This document shows, piece after piece, positions 14,819 through 28,569 of a stretch of DNA of 64,000 nt. The notes below the pieces were generated by a model. That model worked only from the letters and a program-made list of their open reading frames with translations, was not told where the DNA came from and searched no databases. How positions within the stretch are numbered: position 1 is the stretch's first letter; every line of letters starts with the position of its first letter. Position numbers and translations under genes: made by a program. Source of the DNA: Eledone cirrhosa (Eukaryota); NCBI GenBank assembly GCA_964016885.1, contig OZ024742.1, forward strand, positions 146,754,001 through 146,818,000, in the 5' to 3' direction.

Positions 14819-16869
14819 TTAAATGAGTTTTTCATCAGATTGGGTTAGATGAAGCAACACTTTTAATAACTCACAAGAGATTGTTTTGGTGGAGGTACCT
14901 TCAGTATTGGAGGAATTCTGATAAATAATTATTCAAATTTCACACAGAACCATCCTTCTTTGATACTATAATAATAAGACTAGCCTATTTTAATATCCAT
15001 AATAAGACTAACCCATGAGAGACCAAATATTTTAAATTATATTATTGTACATGGATGCAATAAAGCAGAGTATTTAAATGAATAAATAGCTGTGTTAATC
15101 CATTTCAAGAAAAGGGTATTATCTTGAACAAATCAAAATACCTGTTCTTACTGTTAGAAATAGAATTTCTTGATATTTGAGACATTAAACAGGAGTTGAT
15201 ATGGTTGTTTTGTGAAACTCTATTCACCAAGATGATTGGTCTTTGGGGGCCAGCTGAATATAGTGTGGTACATGACAAACTTACTTGTCTTGGAAAACTA
15301 ATTTTATGTAGAAATTCTCTTGTGATTCCTTTAAAATTAGGAAAACAATTTCTAGATTTGGCACACAAAATGCATCAAGGAATTGTGAAGACAAAGCAAA
15401 GGTTGCTAACCAAAGTGTGGTGTTCTGGAATTGATGAAAACTGTGAAGACTTCATAAAAAGATGTAAATGGTTACACCATTATATAATTCCAAACCTGTC
15501 ATTACATCAAGCTTACCCAAACAAACATTATCTCATTTGGATATTGATATTGATAATACTTGAGCCATTGGGGAAAGGGAAAATATAGTATGTGTTTTTT
15601 ACTATTACAGCCATTGGGTAGAGCTGAAAATTCTTAAAGGATTAGCAACATCAAATATATTGGAATCTTTGAAAGAAATTTCTACAAGTAATGGGTATAC
15701 TTAAGTATTTAAACTAACAATGGTCCTCAGTTTACCAATACTAAATTTTAAAATGAGATACAGATTTGTGGAATTTATCATTATTTTGTAAGTCTATATT
15801 GTCTTCAGGCAAATATTGAGAGTAAACTATAGCTTGTTGAAATATTTTAAAATATCATATGAAAAGAGAATGAATTTAACTGATGCCATAAATAACTACT
15901 TAATGGCTTATCGATCTACTCCTCACACTATTGCAAGACAGACACCATCATTTCTTTCAAATAGGAAACAAAACTGTCTGATTAGGAATGTTTGACAGAG
16001 CTACAAATTCCAATATCAGATACAACAACTATAAAGAACATTGTTGAGAAATATGACAATGATACACTACATAAACTAAAAAATAATGATTATATTGATA
16101 ATAGAAGGAATGCAGTTGGATGATATTATAAAGGTGATTCTGTATATGCTAAGAACATTCTTGAACTAGATTATACAAATGATGATTATGCTGGTATTGA
16201 TCAAATGAGGGTTGAAACAGTAAACACCTGATGGAGGAAATGTTTACATGTAACAAAAGTTCCAACTGAGTTCGAACAAGAATTCACAAATAAATCTATG
16301 GAAAAGTCTACAATGATTGAACCTGAATGGCCTATTCAAGAACAGAGACAACCCAAGATGTATGATGATTATATAATTTAAATTGTTTCAGTGATATGTA
16401 TGCCATATCTATGCTCTATTGTTCAATTTAATAGTTCATGTATTCTCTATTAATTTTATTATCAGTTTCTTTCTACATATTGATAAGTGAGATCTGGTGT
16501 TTGTTGATTACTATATTCTGTATATTCATATTCCTTAAATAATTTGTTATAAAATTCTCTATATTGATTAATAAAAAACAATATTCTATATTGATTGATA
16601 AAACACAAATAAATTTATTAATCAGTCATACCATTAAAATTGGCATAAGATAGAATTATGTAACTATAATTCAAAATGAATGTTTAACTCTAGGTGACTG
16701 ACTGTAACTTCCACTCTTTCTCCCACCACCAGGAAGTCACTCTTCACACATAAGATGTTCCCTTATATTGTGATTTTGAAATATGTTTATTAGAATACTC
16801 ATTTATTTCATTAGATTTAACTCTTTCTCTCTTTCTCTCTCAACCAAATTATTTTAGATACTCAAATAA

Positions 16870-17660
16870 ACATAGTTGACCTCAAAGTTAACCAAAACAT
16901 AATTAAATTGAAACAAATTTAAGATGAAACAAAATTTACGCGATACAAATTTAAACTTGAACAAAGTCAACATGAGACAAATTTAACCTCAAAATCAATA
17001 TGAGACAAAGGTAATCTCAGATAAAGTTAACCTCAAATAATGTTAACCCCAGACAATGTTAACCTCAGACAAAGTTAACTTCAGACAAATTTAACCTCAG
17101 GTAAAGTTCACCTCAGACAAAGTTAATCTCAGACAAAGTTAAACTCAGATAAAGTTAACCTCAGATAAAGTTAACCTCAGGTAAAGTTAACCTCAGACAA
17201 AGGTTACCTCAAACAATGTTAACCTCAAACATAATTAACTGCAGAGTTAACTTCAGATAATGTTAACCTGAGGCATAATTAACTGTGGAGTTAACCTCAG
17301 ACAATGATAACCTCACATTTAACCTCAGACAATGATAACCTCACATTTAACCTCAGACAAAGTTAACCTGAAACATTATTAACTACAGATAAAGTTAATC
17401 TCAGACAATGTTAACATGAGACAAGGCTAACTTCAGGCATAACATAAAACTAAGTTAACTTTAGATAAAGTTAGCCCCAAACAAATTAATCCCAGACAAA
17501 GTTAATGTCAGTTTAAATTAACTTCAGACATACCATGTGACAAAGTTATCACAAAATTTTACACGAAATTATTTAAACAGAGTTAACATAAGACATATTT
17601 AAAATATGACAAAGTTGACCCCGAACAAAGTTAACTTCAAAGGTAACCTCTAGTAATTGT
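16870..17660. repeat. 16-bp minisatellite (AACCTCAGACAAAGTT)n, degenerate at the edges
   Basis: Clear 16-bp period at 17060-17230. Confidence 0.9.
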
Positions 17661-17819
17661 AACCTTAAGCTAACCTAATATCTTGTAAAGTTAATATTTG
17701 AACATAGAGTAACATAAATGTTGTAAAGTAGATAATCTGGCAGAGAACCATATCTTAATTACCACTAACTAATCTGCAATATAGTGACATCCTTATTCTG
17801 TTGTAAATAAAACATCTAT

Positions 17820-17880
17820 CTATGTATCTATATATATATATATATATATATATGTATCTATATATGTATCTATATATGTA

Positions 17881-17951
<71 letters not shown>

Positions 17952-17952
17952 C

Positions 17953-18016
<64 letters not shown>

Positions 18017-18187
18017 CACACACACACACATGTATATATACATGCATATATATGTGCGTGTGTGTGTATATATATATGTAAAAGGTAAACAGAAATAACA
18101 ACGCAATCAGTACAGAATATGGTACATTTACACATATATACACACACATATATATATACACATGCACACACACACATATATATACAT

Positions 18188-18220
<33 letters not shown>
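17820..18220. repeat. (TA)n/(CA)n compound microsatellite
   Basis: Read directly; similar tracts at 19384-19465, 19640-19967 and 22240-22440. Confidence 0.95.
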
Positions 18221-18221
<1 letters not shown>

Positions 18222-19056
18222 TACCCGTATGTTTTGTGAAGGTATGTATACCTTCTCGTACGTATATTTGACTGTTATAGCGTATAATTTTTACATATTC
18301 TGGTATTTAGGGTTTGGCTATGTGTATATGGGAGTTTTGCGTCTGCGTGAGTATGCAGGTTCGTACGTATGGTGGGTGTGTGTATATGTGTACTTCTTGT
18401 TTTAGTTGACTTACGTCTCCGAACATTCGTGTATTTATATGTAGGTATGTGTGTGCGCTTGTTATATACGTATTTATTTACTTATATACGTTTATATAAT
18501 TATTTATTTATTTGTACACAAGCATACACAAACACACATATTTATATGTGCGTGGTTTAGTATACCCATGGTAAGGTTTTGCGTATGCTTGTGTATGTAC
18601 GTATCTGTTTGCGTGTATGTATTTATTTGTTTCTATTACTTCTGTATTGTATTTATTTACTTTGTTCTTAACTCTGTAGCGGAGATTCATTTGGTCTCCT
18701 AGTTAGAATTTTAGTCTACGATTTCTGCTATACCATTTACGTGGTTTTGTCTTTGCGTGCTATTGTTCTCCACGCTCCACATATGACTTATTATCTTCGT
18801 TTTTTCGTTCATTGCCAGAGAACGTCTCTATGCACCACCTAAGAGAACATTAGTCTACGACCTCTTTTATACCATAAACGTGGTTTTGTCTTTGCGCGTA
18901 ATTGTTTTTCACCGCTCCTATTAATGACGTATTATTCGTTTTTTCCCGTTCTTTGCCAGCGAACGTTACCACGAACCAAAGTATCGTCTTCCTGTCTTCC
19001 TCCGGTTGCAACGTTTTTTGAAATATCCAGTTCTGCGTTTACAGATTGACTTTGTT

Positions 19057-19107
19057 AGTTTCAGAAGATCCCGTTATGGGTGAAAGCAGCGATTCTTTGC
19101 TTAAACT
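19057..19107 (+). ncRNA. Type I hammerhead ribozyme motif (family F), core U4>A
   Basis: AGTTT-CAGAAGA-TCCC gttat GGGT-GAAA-GCA gcgattctt TGC-TT-AAACT; stems I, II and III all pair; inverted copy at 19486-19530. Confidence 0.6.
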
Positions 19108-19127
19108 TTAATCAGTTATTTTAATAA

Positions 19128-19160
<33 letters not shown>

Positions 19161-19189
19161 CAAATATATATGTATACATATATATCAAC

Positions 19190-19381
19190 ATCATCATCAT
19201 CATTCATTATTTCATTTTACGTCCACTTTTCCCTGCCTGCAAGGGTGGGACGGGAACTGATTCTGGCTTGATTTCTACAGCTGGATGCCTTTCCTAACAC
19301 CAACCTCATTTACAGTGAGTGCTGGGTGCTTTTTTGCCGTGGCACCTCCACGACCACTTTGCAGTCCCTATCATTCCACTG

Positions 19382-19383
<2 letters not shown>
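19190..19383 (-). mobile_element. SINE 3' half
   Basis: Same sequence as the 48310-48652 copy. Confidence 0.8.
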
Positions 19384-19469
<86 letters not shown>

Positions 19470-19686
19470 TAAAATAACAGATTAAAGTTTAAGCAAAGAA
19501 TCGCTGCTTTCACCCTTAACGGGATCTTCTTAAACTTTAATCTGTTATTTCAATAAATATTTGCTCTACAGTCCTTATATATTGATATATATTTATCCTT
19601 ATCGAGCCCTCTTTGGATTTTAGTCTTCAAATTTATTATTATTACTATTATTATTATTCAAATTTATTATTATTACTATATATATA

Positions 19687-19731
<45 letters not shown>

Positions 19732-19752
19732 TACATATATATATATATATAC

Positions 19753-19783
<31 letters not shown>

Positions 19784-19832
19784 CATATACACATATATAT
19801 ATATATATATGAATATATATATATATATATAT

Positions 19833-19941
<109 letters not shown>

Positions 19942-20739
19942 CACACATATATATATATATATATACATTGCCAATTTCTCGGCAAACATCCAACTTTGAT
20001 TGGTTGGGGTGTCATTCAGTCAGTCAATCAATCAATCAATCAATACCCACATTTATCTCTAGTGAATGGGATGAATAAAATTAATTTCTTTAACTTTCCT
20101 TTATTACATGTATCCATTTATGAATAATTATCCCAATTGACTTCAGAAATGCAACTTTTCAATTTAGATGCATTTATGTTCAAAACTGCAAGCAAGAGGA
20201 TAAACATTAACCCTTTTGATATGAAACTGCCTGAAACCAGTCCTTATTTTAAAGTAATTATATTTATCTAAAACTTCCATCTTAATTTTATTTAAGAATC
20301 TTTGTTAAGTTATGCTCTAATCACCAGCTTAAAAATTATTTCTAACATTGGCACAAGGCCACCAATTTAGGGGAAAGGAAGCTCAATGATATCAACCCTA
20401 TTACTTAAATGGTACTTTATTTTATCAACCCTGGAAGAATGAAAGGCAAAGTTGACAGTGTCTTACATTAGATATATGGTAAGGACAGGATTAAACCACA
20501 TATAATCAACCACATCAAATCACAAGAAAATGAGAGGACCACTATGTGGTCACTCACCTTGCAAAAAAAGAGCAAAAAAGAGCAGCCAAATCTCCCTCAG
20601 ATCACACCCATGAATTTTAAATAAGGAAAGGACTCACAGGATAATGTATTTCTAGACACCCTTAAAAAGATGGGGTGACATTGGTTGGAATATTTTTGTT
20701 CATAAGTCTATCATGAATACGGTCATGAATACTATCAGC

Positions 20740-21100
20740 TGACATGGGATTCTTCCAAAGGGTCTTTGGAGTAATGTTACTTGATAGAGTGCATAGCTTG
20801 GAGAGTTACTCCAAGTAGAACCACTACTTCTCCAAATTGAGAGATCACAGCTCAGATATTATCGGCATGTGGTTAGAATGTTTCAGGAACGAATTGCTGG
20901 ACAGATTTTACAAGCACACCCACCAGCAGAAGACCCAGGGGTAGACCCCAAGGAAGATGTGTGGATAACATCCATGAACTCAGCTGATCTCGATTGGGGA
21001 TCCAGTTGGATAAATTTGGAGATGGTTGCTTCTGACAGGACCCATTGGAAGGAGCGTTTGAAGACTCCACAACCCTCTCAGGAATAAATGGGTGGTGAAG
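20740..21100 (+). mobile_element. RTE-clade LINE 3' fragment, degenerate
   Basis: RSQLRYYRHVVRMFQERIAGQIL followed by an RRPRGRP-like end; homologous to 42160-42600 (-) and 61770-62190 (+). Confidence 0.7.
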
Positions 21101-22261
21101 CAGAAGAGAGGAGGAGGAGGACTCTATCAGGGTTGACCTGGATTTAAATAATCATGACAACTGCGATAAATCTCATCTCTGTGGTACATATTTACAATAA
21201 GATATATTAGCTATACCATATTTACAAGATTTCTTAGTTATACCATATCCCTATATGTCATGAAATGTGACTAAAAGGGTTATTGCCAGGAATGGCGTCC
21301 AGCTGTAAAACATTTCCTTTAAAAGAACTCCATGATGTGTATGAAACTGGTTATGGGGCCTTTAAGGCTAACCTCTGCTTTAACAGAAAAAAATGGCCTT
21401 AAAATGATTGTTTTGTTGTTGATGTTGTTGTTGATCATAGATCTACTAGGTTAGAACTGAGCTGGGTCTAAACAATAACAACAACATCAGCAACAATTAA
21501 TGGACTTTCTGATTCAACTCTATATTTAATACATAATAAAAGTTATTGAATTGGAAGAGTTGGAATGTGTTCTGGCTTTCTGAGATCAACATTGCCTTTC
21601 AGTTTAAAGGTAGTGAATTGGCAGAGTTGTTAAGAGTTGGACAGGGGGCTTTGCGGTATCTGATTTGGCTCTATGCATTCAGAGTTCAAATCCCATTGTG
21701 GTCAACTATATCTTTCATGCTTTCATGTTTCATAAATAAAGTAGCAATCCAGGAACAGGGGATTAATGGAATTGCTAAAGAGTCAGAGAGGATCTTTTGC
21801 AGTATCTTATATAGTTCTGTATATTTTGAGTTCAAATCTTGACTCCTTCTGTCAAGAGTTGCAACTGGCAAATAGTATCAGCAATGGCAATGGAAAGACT
21901 AATAGAAACATAACTTCTTTGGTCTGGTCTGACAATCAGTTCCTTTCTTTTCCAGAAGGAGATGAATCAATGCTATCAATCACAGTATAACTATTTTATT
22001 GACTCTGGCAGATAAAAGACAAAACAATGAGATAGCAACCAATTTTACATTAACAAAAACATCCAGTGTGTGTGACCTTTCACAAACAGCCATGACCTAC
22101 ACACTGCATAGATTTGGGTGGTGAATGGATGGCAGGGGAGTGTAATATTGATTGAACTATTGATCAACTCTTAGAATATTACAGGAATTTAGCTTATTGA
22201 ATAGAGACGATGAAAAAATGTAAATTAAATAAGTGAACAGAAACACACACACACACACATT

Positions 22262-22304
<43 letters not shown>

Positions 22305-22893
22305 TTATATATATATTTATTTATTTATACATATATATATATATATTTATAAATTTACACATATATATTTATAAATTTATAAATATATATATACATATAT
22401 ATACATATATATATATATACAAAACTAATGCATGTATATATGTGTATGAGCCGGTAATTATTAACATTTCTCAAAAATACAACATGAACGTATTCTCAAA
22501 GGAGTAAAGCTAGCAAAGAACTCAATCAGTTTAAAGCTTAGAGTAACATATAAATATATAAATTAAAATAAAACTATACAGACAAATTCGATTAAAAACA
22601 ACCCAAAGCATGTATCTCAAAAATATATTTTTATTTGTGTTTCTGGTAACTGAGTGTATTAATGAAAACAAATTGAAATTGAACTAAATATATATTTACA
22701 AGGTGTACTAAGTGCATTGTATCAGGTTATCCTATCCACTGCAGACTAAAATGGAGATCTTTACTTCATGCAGTCACTGGTCTTTCACCACATTTACTTT
22801 TAACATTACTGTGCTTGTAGAACAATTCAGCCACAAGTGGTAATCATAGTGACACTAGGTGTAGTGAGAGATCAGAGATTGCATGGAGTAGAG

Positions 22894-23080
22894 CAGGGTT
22901 TCCCCAAACTTTTTCAAACACAGAAACCTTTTTGGTTCAGAAACTTAGTAGGGAACCCCAAAGTCCAATACTGTTATATGGTCGTAATATAAATATACTC
23001 CTCTACCTTTTTTCACAGAACCCCCAGGCACTCCTTTGCAGACCTCTTTGGTTCTGCAGAACCCACTTTGGGAGACACTG
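22894..23080. mobile_element. hAT-type MITE
   Basis: TIRs CAGGGTTTCCCCAAACT / ACTTTGGGAGACACTG with a perfect 8-bp TSD GAGTAGAG (22886-22893 and 23081-23088). Confidence 0.9.
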
Positions 23081-23759
23081 GAGTAGAGAAATCTCTTTTA
23101 GCCATCTGTGGATGGGATAACTTCACTGGTGTAGGCACAATGAACATGCTTCTTTTGTGACACTCTTAATTTTGGCAACGTATTGCTCCTGGGTGTCTTG
23201 TTTTGTTGTCAAGCAGTGATACAACATAATTATTCTGACAGCTGCTGTCAACACCTTCGATAGGATTGCCAACTAGGCTTTTCTACTCTCTATTTTCACT
23301 AATTTGGCTGTTTGGGTTTTTACACCAGTTTTTGTTGAGGAAGAAGATTCTAAAGAGCTCTTGCAATGCAAGAGAATTTTTGCAGTTGTTGTTGTTGGTG
23401 GTGGTAGTGGTGGTGGTGGTGGGGTAGTGGTGGTTGTAGTGGTGTCTTTGTTTTCTGTTGTAGTGAAGGCTTTATTGTTGATGCTGTTCATAGTGTTGTT
23501 GTTGTTGTTTCTGTCAATATATATATTGTTGCTGTTTAGTGTTGCTATTGCCCTGACTGCTGTTTAACAAAATTATGTCACATCTTGGCTTTAAACTGTC
23601 ATCTGTTTCTAGTGCTGTTGTTGTTGTTATTGGTAATGAAAATGTTACAACTTGTGGGAGCACAAAGCAATTTTCCAGCTCTGACAGCCACTGTCACCTT
23701 GACAGTGGTGACAGTGGCTGTCAGAGCTGGAAAATTGCTTTGTGCTTGGTTGTGTGAAG

Positions 23760-24760
23760 GTGATTGAGTGGGGTTGGTTGAGTAGAGGTGGTGGAGTCGG
23801 ATTGGTCGAATGAGGTTGGTTGAGTGGGAGTTTGTGGAGTGGGGCTGGTTGAGTAAGATTGATTAAGTGGGGTTGATTGAATGAGGTTGGTTGAGTTGGA
23901 TTTTGTTAAGTGGAGCTGGTTGAGTAGGGTTGATTGAGTGGGATTGGTCAAATATGGTTGGTTGAGTAGGGTTTTGTTGAATGGGGCTGGTTGAGTAGAG
24001 TTGGTGGAGTGGGATTGGTCGAATGAGGTTCGTTAAGTGGAGTTAAGTTTAAAAGAAAAATGAGAAACAATTATTACAAACCAAAAAAACAACCCCATTC
24101 AACTAACTTCACCCAAGCAACCTCACTCAACCAGTTTACACAACTAACCTCACAACCAACCCCACTCAACCAACCTTACAAACAACTCCAATCAACTAAT
24201 CTCACTCAGCCAACCTTATTCAACTAGCCCCACTCAACCAACTCCACTCAACCAACCTCATTCAACCATTTCACTTAACCAACCCCAATCAACCAACTCC
24301 ACTCAACCAACTTCACTCAACCAAACCCACTCAACCAACCCCACTTAACCAACCCCAATCAACCAACTCCTCTCAACCAACTTCACTCAACCAACCCCAC
24401 TCAACCAACCCCACTTAATCAACTCCTCTCAACCAACTTCACTCAACCAATCCCACTCAACCAACCCCACTCAATGAACTCCTCTCAACCAACTTCACTT
24501 AACCAACCCCACTCAGCCATAACTACTCAATTATCCCACTTAACCAACCCTAATCAACCAGCTCCTCTCAACCAACTCCACTCAACCAACTTCACTCAAC
24601 CAAACCCACTCAACCAACCCCACTTAACCAACCCCACTTAACCAACCCCACTCAACCAACGCCACTCAACCAATCCCACTCAACCAGCCCCAATCAAAAG
24701 ATCCTACTTAACCAACTACACTTGTCAAGCCTACTTGGCTAACACCACTCAACCAACTCA
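23760..24760. repeat. 14-bp minisatellite (CCCCACTCAACCAA)n in two oppositely oriented blocks
   Basis: G-rich orientation at 23760-24045, C-rich orientation at 24090-24760. Confidence 0.9.
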
Positions 24761-24899
24761 TCCGTAACAACAATATCAGAAACAAACAAAAAATGTTTAT
24801 CTCTATTTCTCAACCAAATCTAATTAGGTTAATGGAATAAATCTTAATTATATTTGTTATTGTTATTGTTGTTGTTGTTGTTGTTATCATCATCACAGC

Positions 24900-25180
24900 A
24901 AACAATGAATACTAGAACTACATTCTCCCAGACTGTGTAGCATGCCTCTGACAGTGCATTAATGATATCTGTTTTGATCTTTTTATATTTCATATTTGGT
25001 ACCATATCTTTCCTTCTTTTCTAACCATGAAAAGTGTATAAATACTGGCTGTAACTTTATTTGAGGGGATTCATAGAAAAACCAATATATAACACAGATA
25101 GGTTGTTAGTTTCTACAGTAACTTTGTATACAATATCTTCAAGCTTACACTTTTGCATGTTAGGCCTATGTTATTTTAAA
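24900..25180 (-). mobile_element. Penelope-like GIY-YIG endonuclease remnant
   Basis: Minus translation KCKLEDIVYKVTVETNNLSVLYIGFSMNPLK*SYSQYLYTF matches the PLE pattern C....VY...V......YIG......K.R...H...F. Confidence 0.7.
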
Positions 25181-25299
25181 CCTGGTGTAGCCTGTCCCCT
25201 ATCCAGTTAATAATAATAATGAAATTATTGTGTAAAGTGCTCAGGTTCACTACAACACAGTGGATTTCTTCTAGAAAAGGCAAGAGTGGGTGATAGAGA

Positions 25300-26110
25300 G
25301 AAAATGAGAAAGAGATATAATGGAAGAATCAACCCCAATACTGGTAATTTTTTATTGATCTCAAAAGGATGAAAGACAAAGTTGACTTTGGTGAATTTTG
25401 CACTCGGAGCATAGAGCTGGAATAAATACCACAAAGCATTTTGTCTGATATTCTAATGACTCTACCAATTCCCTAATTCACATCATACATCCAAATATTC
25501 CATTAAATTACTCCTATATCTTTCCTTTAGCTTCTCTATATCAATTCACCTAAGTGCTAAGTATAATATTTATTTATATCTTTATACTGAACAATTAGTT
25601 TTAAATTTTGGTACAAAGCCAACAATTTCAGGGAAACGAAAATCAATAAAATCGCACCTTAGGACTGGTCCTTTACTTTATTCACCCCAGAAGGATGAAA
25701 GGCAAAGTTGATCTTGGTGGAATTTGAACTCAGAATGTTCTTTACAGAAAAGTTTTGCTGAACTGCCATGAGTCTGCGAATGACTATACAAACCTGGTTC
25801 ATTCCTGCATTCCTTTATAAAGATGTGACACATATAAAGCTTTTGTTTAGTCTAAAATGTAACTTGCTCCTTATACACTTTCATGTGCCAATCCACCACC
25901 TTTAATTATTGCTAAATTTGGAACACGGCCAACAATTTGAAATGAGAGGAAGTAAATCACATCAACCCCAATACATGACTGGTACTTTATTTTATTAACC
26001 ATGATAGGATGAAAGGCAAAGTTGACCTCAGCAGAATTTAAATTCAGAATACAGAAGGCCATAACTATATGCTAAAAAGCATTTTGTCCAAAATTCTAAT
26101 GCTTCTGCCT
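25300..26110 (-). mobile_element. Three degenerate Nin/Deu-domain SINEs
   Basis: Repeated GGATGAAAGGCAAAGTTGA.CT..G..GAATTT.AA.TCAG at about 25370, 25695 and 26010. Confidence 0.75.
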
Positions 26111-27689
26111 ATCCACTGACTTTCATACAGATATGAATATTAATATAATTCTAAGCAAACCATTAATCATTATCCTACATTATAATATATTCACAATATT
26201 ATATATTCTATAGTACTATATCTATAAAATGTTAAAATTATGCATATTACACAATACATATTTTCCATTAAACAAGGTAAATTGACCACATTAGGAAACT
26301 ACTGCATAATTTAAGTTTCTTTCTATTAAATATTATCTATTCAACAAAATTACCAATAATAAATAAATCTTTTATACAATTTCTCTTAAAATAGTCAGCA
26401 TCATCATTTTACACCTGCTTTCCATGCCGACATGGGTTGGATGGATCTTCATAATCCAAAAGAGGATTCAATACCATGCCTTACTCATACATTCCATATT
26501 TTGGCATGGTTGCATAAGTGCGTGCACATGTGTGTTTGTGTGTTTGTGTATGTGTGTTTGTGTATGTGTGCATGTGTGTGTATATGATTGTGTGTGTGTG
26601 TGCATGTGTGTTGTTTAAATGTTTGTTTGTGTGTGCATTTGTGAGTATGTGTGTGTGTGTGCGTGTTGCATGTGTGTGTTTGTGTGTGAGTGGGTGTGTG
26701 CACATGTGTGCAACTCGCTAAATTCACTGCCTTAAACAAACATTAAGGAGTAATGCTTGACAGAACACATTAACGATTCCTTCTGAGAAAATAATGTAAA
26801 GTATCTATAAATATAGAAATGACATTACACTCCAGTAGAAAATATGACATTTTCAAAGGCATCATCATCATCATTTTACGTACACTTTTCCCTGCTTGCA
26901 AGAGTGGAATGGGTCCTATTCAGCACAGCATCTCTCCATTCATCACAGTCCTTTGTCATCTCCTCTGTGAGCTTCAGCGATCTGATGTCACCTGTCTCTG
27001 CCCATCATCTGATCCAATATTTATGCACAAGAAGAGCTTAGCTCACCATTTCCATTGAACTCCCTTTCCATCTTTTGAGACAGGGTCCTAAACCCAGAAT
27101 ATTATAAGGTAAAAGTGAGAAGTGTATAATATTGTTTTGCTTGTTTTAATTTACTCCCATTTTCACTCCTTCATTGCTTACTCTCATTATACTGGTTTTC
27201 CCAAAACAATCTAAACCATCTTTATAATGCTTCATGTAAATCATACTAATAAGCATACATCATGCATACATGGTAACTTCCAAGGCCTTTGGATAGACTC
27301 AAATGTAACTTGCTCCTTATGCACTTTTATGTGCCACTTGATTCATGCAGCTGACACAAGTACCCCACAAGCCTTTCATCATCATAATTGGCCTGAGACT
27401 GTTGATTACTGTGAGCTCGTAAATTACAAAGATGCATACATATTTATTGAGTTAATGTTGTCTAAATTCCAATAAGAGAGTCTTGTGTCTATGTTAGAAA
27501 CCAGCTCTCTTTCTCTATTGGGAAAAACTTATGAAATAATAAAACCAGAAGAACATACATACATATATACATACATGCATGCATGTATTTATGAACCTCG
27601 AAATGTAGGAGCCCATCTATTGAGCAAGTCTATCTGCATAAGACAGATAAGATCATGAGAGTTGGGAAGGAACTCCTTGAAATATATTC

Positions 27690-28420
27690 CCTGCATGACA
27701 ATCAAAAACTCAATCCATAGAAAAGATTGCCCTAACAATAAAGACATTAAAAGCTACAGCAATGTGGAAGACATACATATGCATAATATGAAAGAGTACT
27801 GGTGGAATGTTACAGTAAAAAAACCAATAAAATGCAAGCATAACAGACCAGATATAATGATATGGGACAGGGGAAAGAAGGCATGCACAGTAGTGGAAGT
27901 TAGCTGCCCAACAGATGCCAATATAATATCAAAGATTAGTGAAAAGGAGAATATCTATGTAGAACTAATGAGAAATCTGCAGATACCTCACCCTGACTAT
28001 ACCTTCAGATTTATGCCTGTGATTATTGAGGCACTGGAATATGTTAGTAACTACCTTAATACAAATCTCAAGAAGCTGGGCTTCACAGAAACAGAAAGAA
28101 CATGACTAGTTAGGAAATTACAAGTACAATCCATTAATAGAACAGTAAAAATATGTAAAAAATTCTGCATCTAATTACTGCATATACACTTGAACAGATA
28201 CAAAGCATATGCACCTGCACACATACAACTCAAAACATACACATCCACACATACAATAACATCCATACCTGCACACACATGTATGCATGCATGCAGACAT
28301 GCAGACATATCTACCTGGTTGATGTTGTGTAAATTCCAATGAGAGAGTGTTGTATCTATGTTAGAAACTGACTCTCTCTCTATTGGCAAAAATTTGTGAA
28401 ATTATAAAATCAGAACATAC
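27690..28420 (+). mobile_element. R4/Dong-like LINE 3' fragment (restriction-like endonuclease plus 3' UTR)
   Basis: YWWNV...HNRPDIMIWD....VVEVSCP.D...KENIY..L.....FMPVIIEAL, a REL PD-(D/E)xK domain. Confidence 0.8.
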
Positions 28421-28569
28421 ATACATATATGCATGCATACATACATATATACATACCTACATTCATACAAGCATACATACATACATTATGGCTGCCTCAT
28501 CGTTATCGAGTATGGCCATTGCACAAAAAAATATATATATATATAATAATAACGACAATAATAATAATA

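Larger units (their letters stand above)
12118..16821 (+). mobile_element. Degenerate Ty3/Gypsy LTR retrotransposon with both LTRs
   Basis: Direct repeats at about 12118-12425 and 16495-16821; protease-like LIGSGASVNVI (about 13960); RT-like IVSKKDGSV*IHVDM (about 14460); integrase HKMHQGIVKTKQRLLTKVW..C (15360), NNGPQF and MAYRSTPH, in Gypsy order. Confidence 0.88.

Noticed and set aside
20211-21280. Single piggyBac MITE spanning nested inserts
   Set aside because: The termini match only over about 7 bp and the right TTAA is imperfect, so the pairing is not supportable
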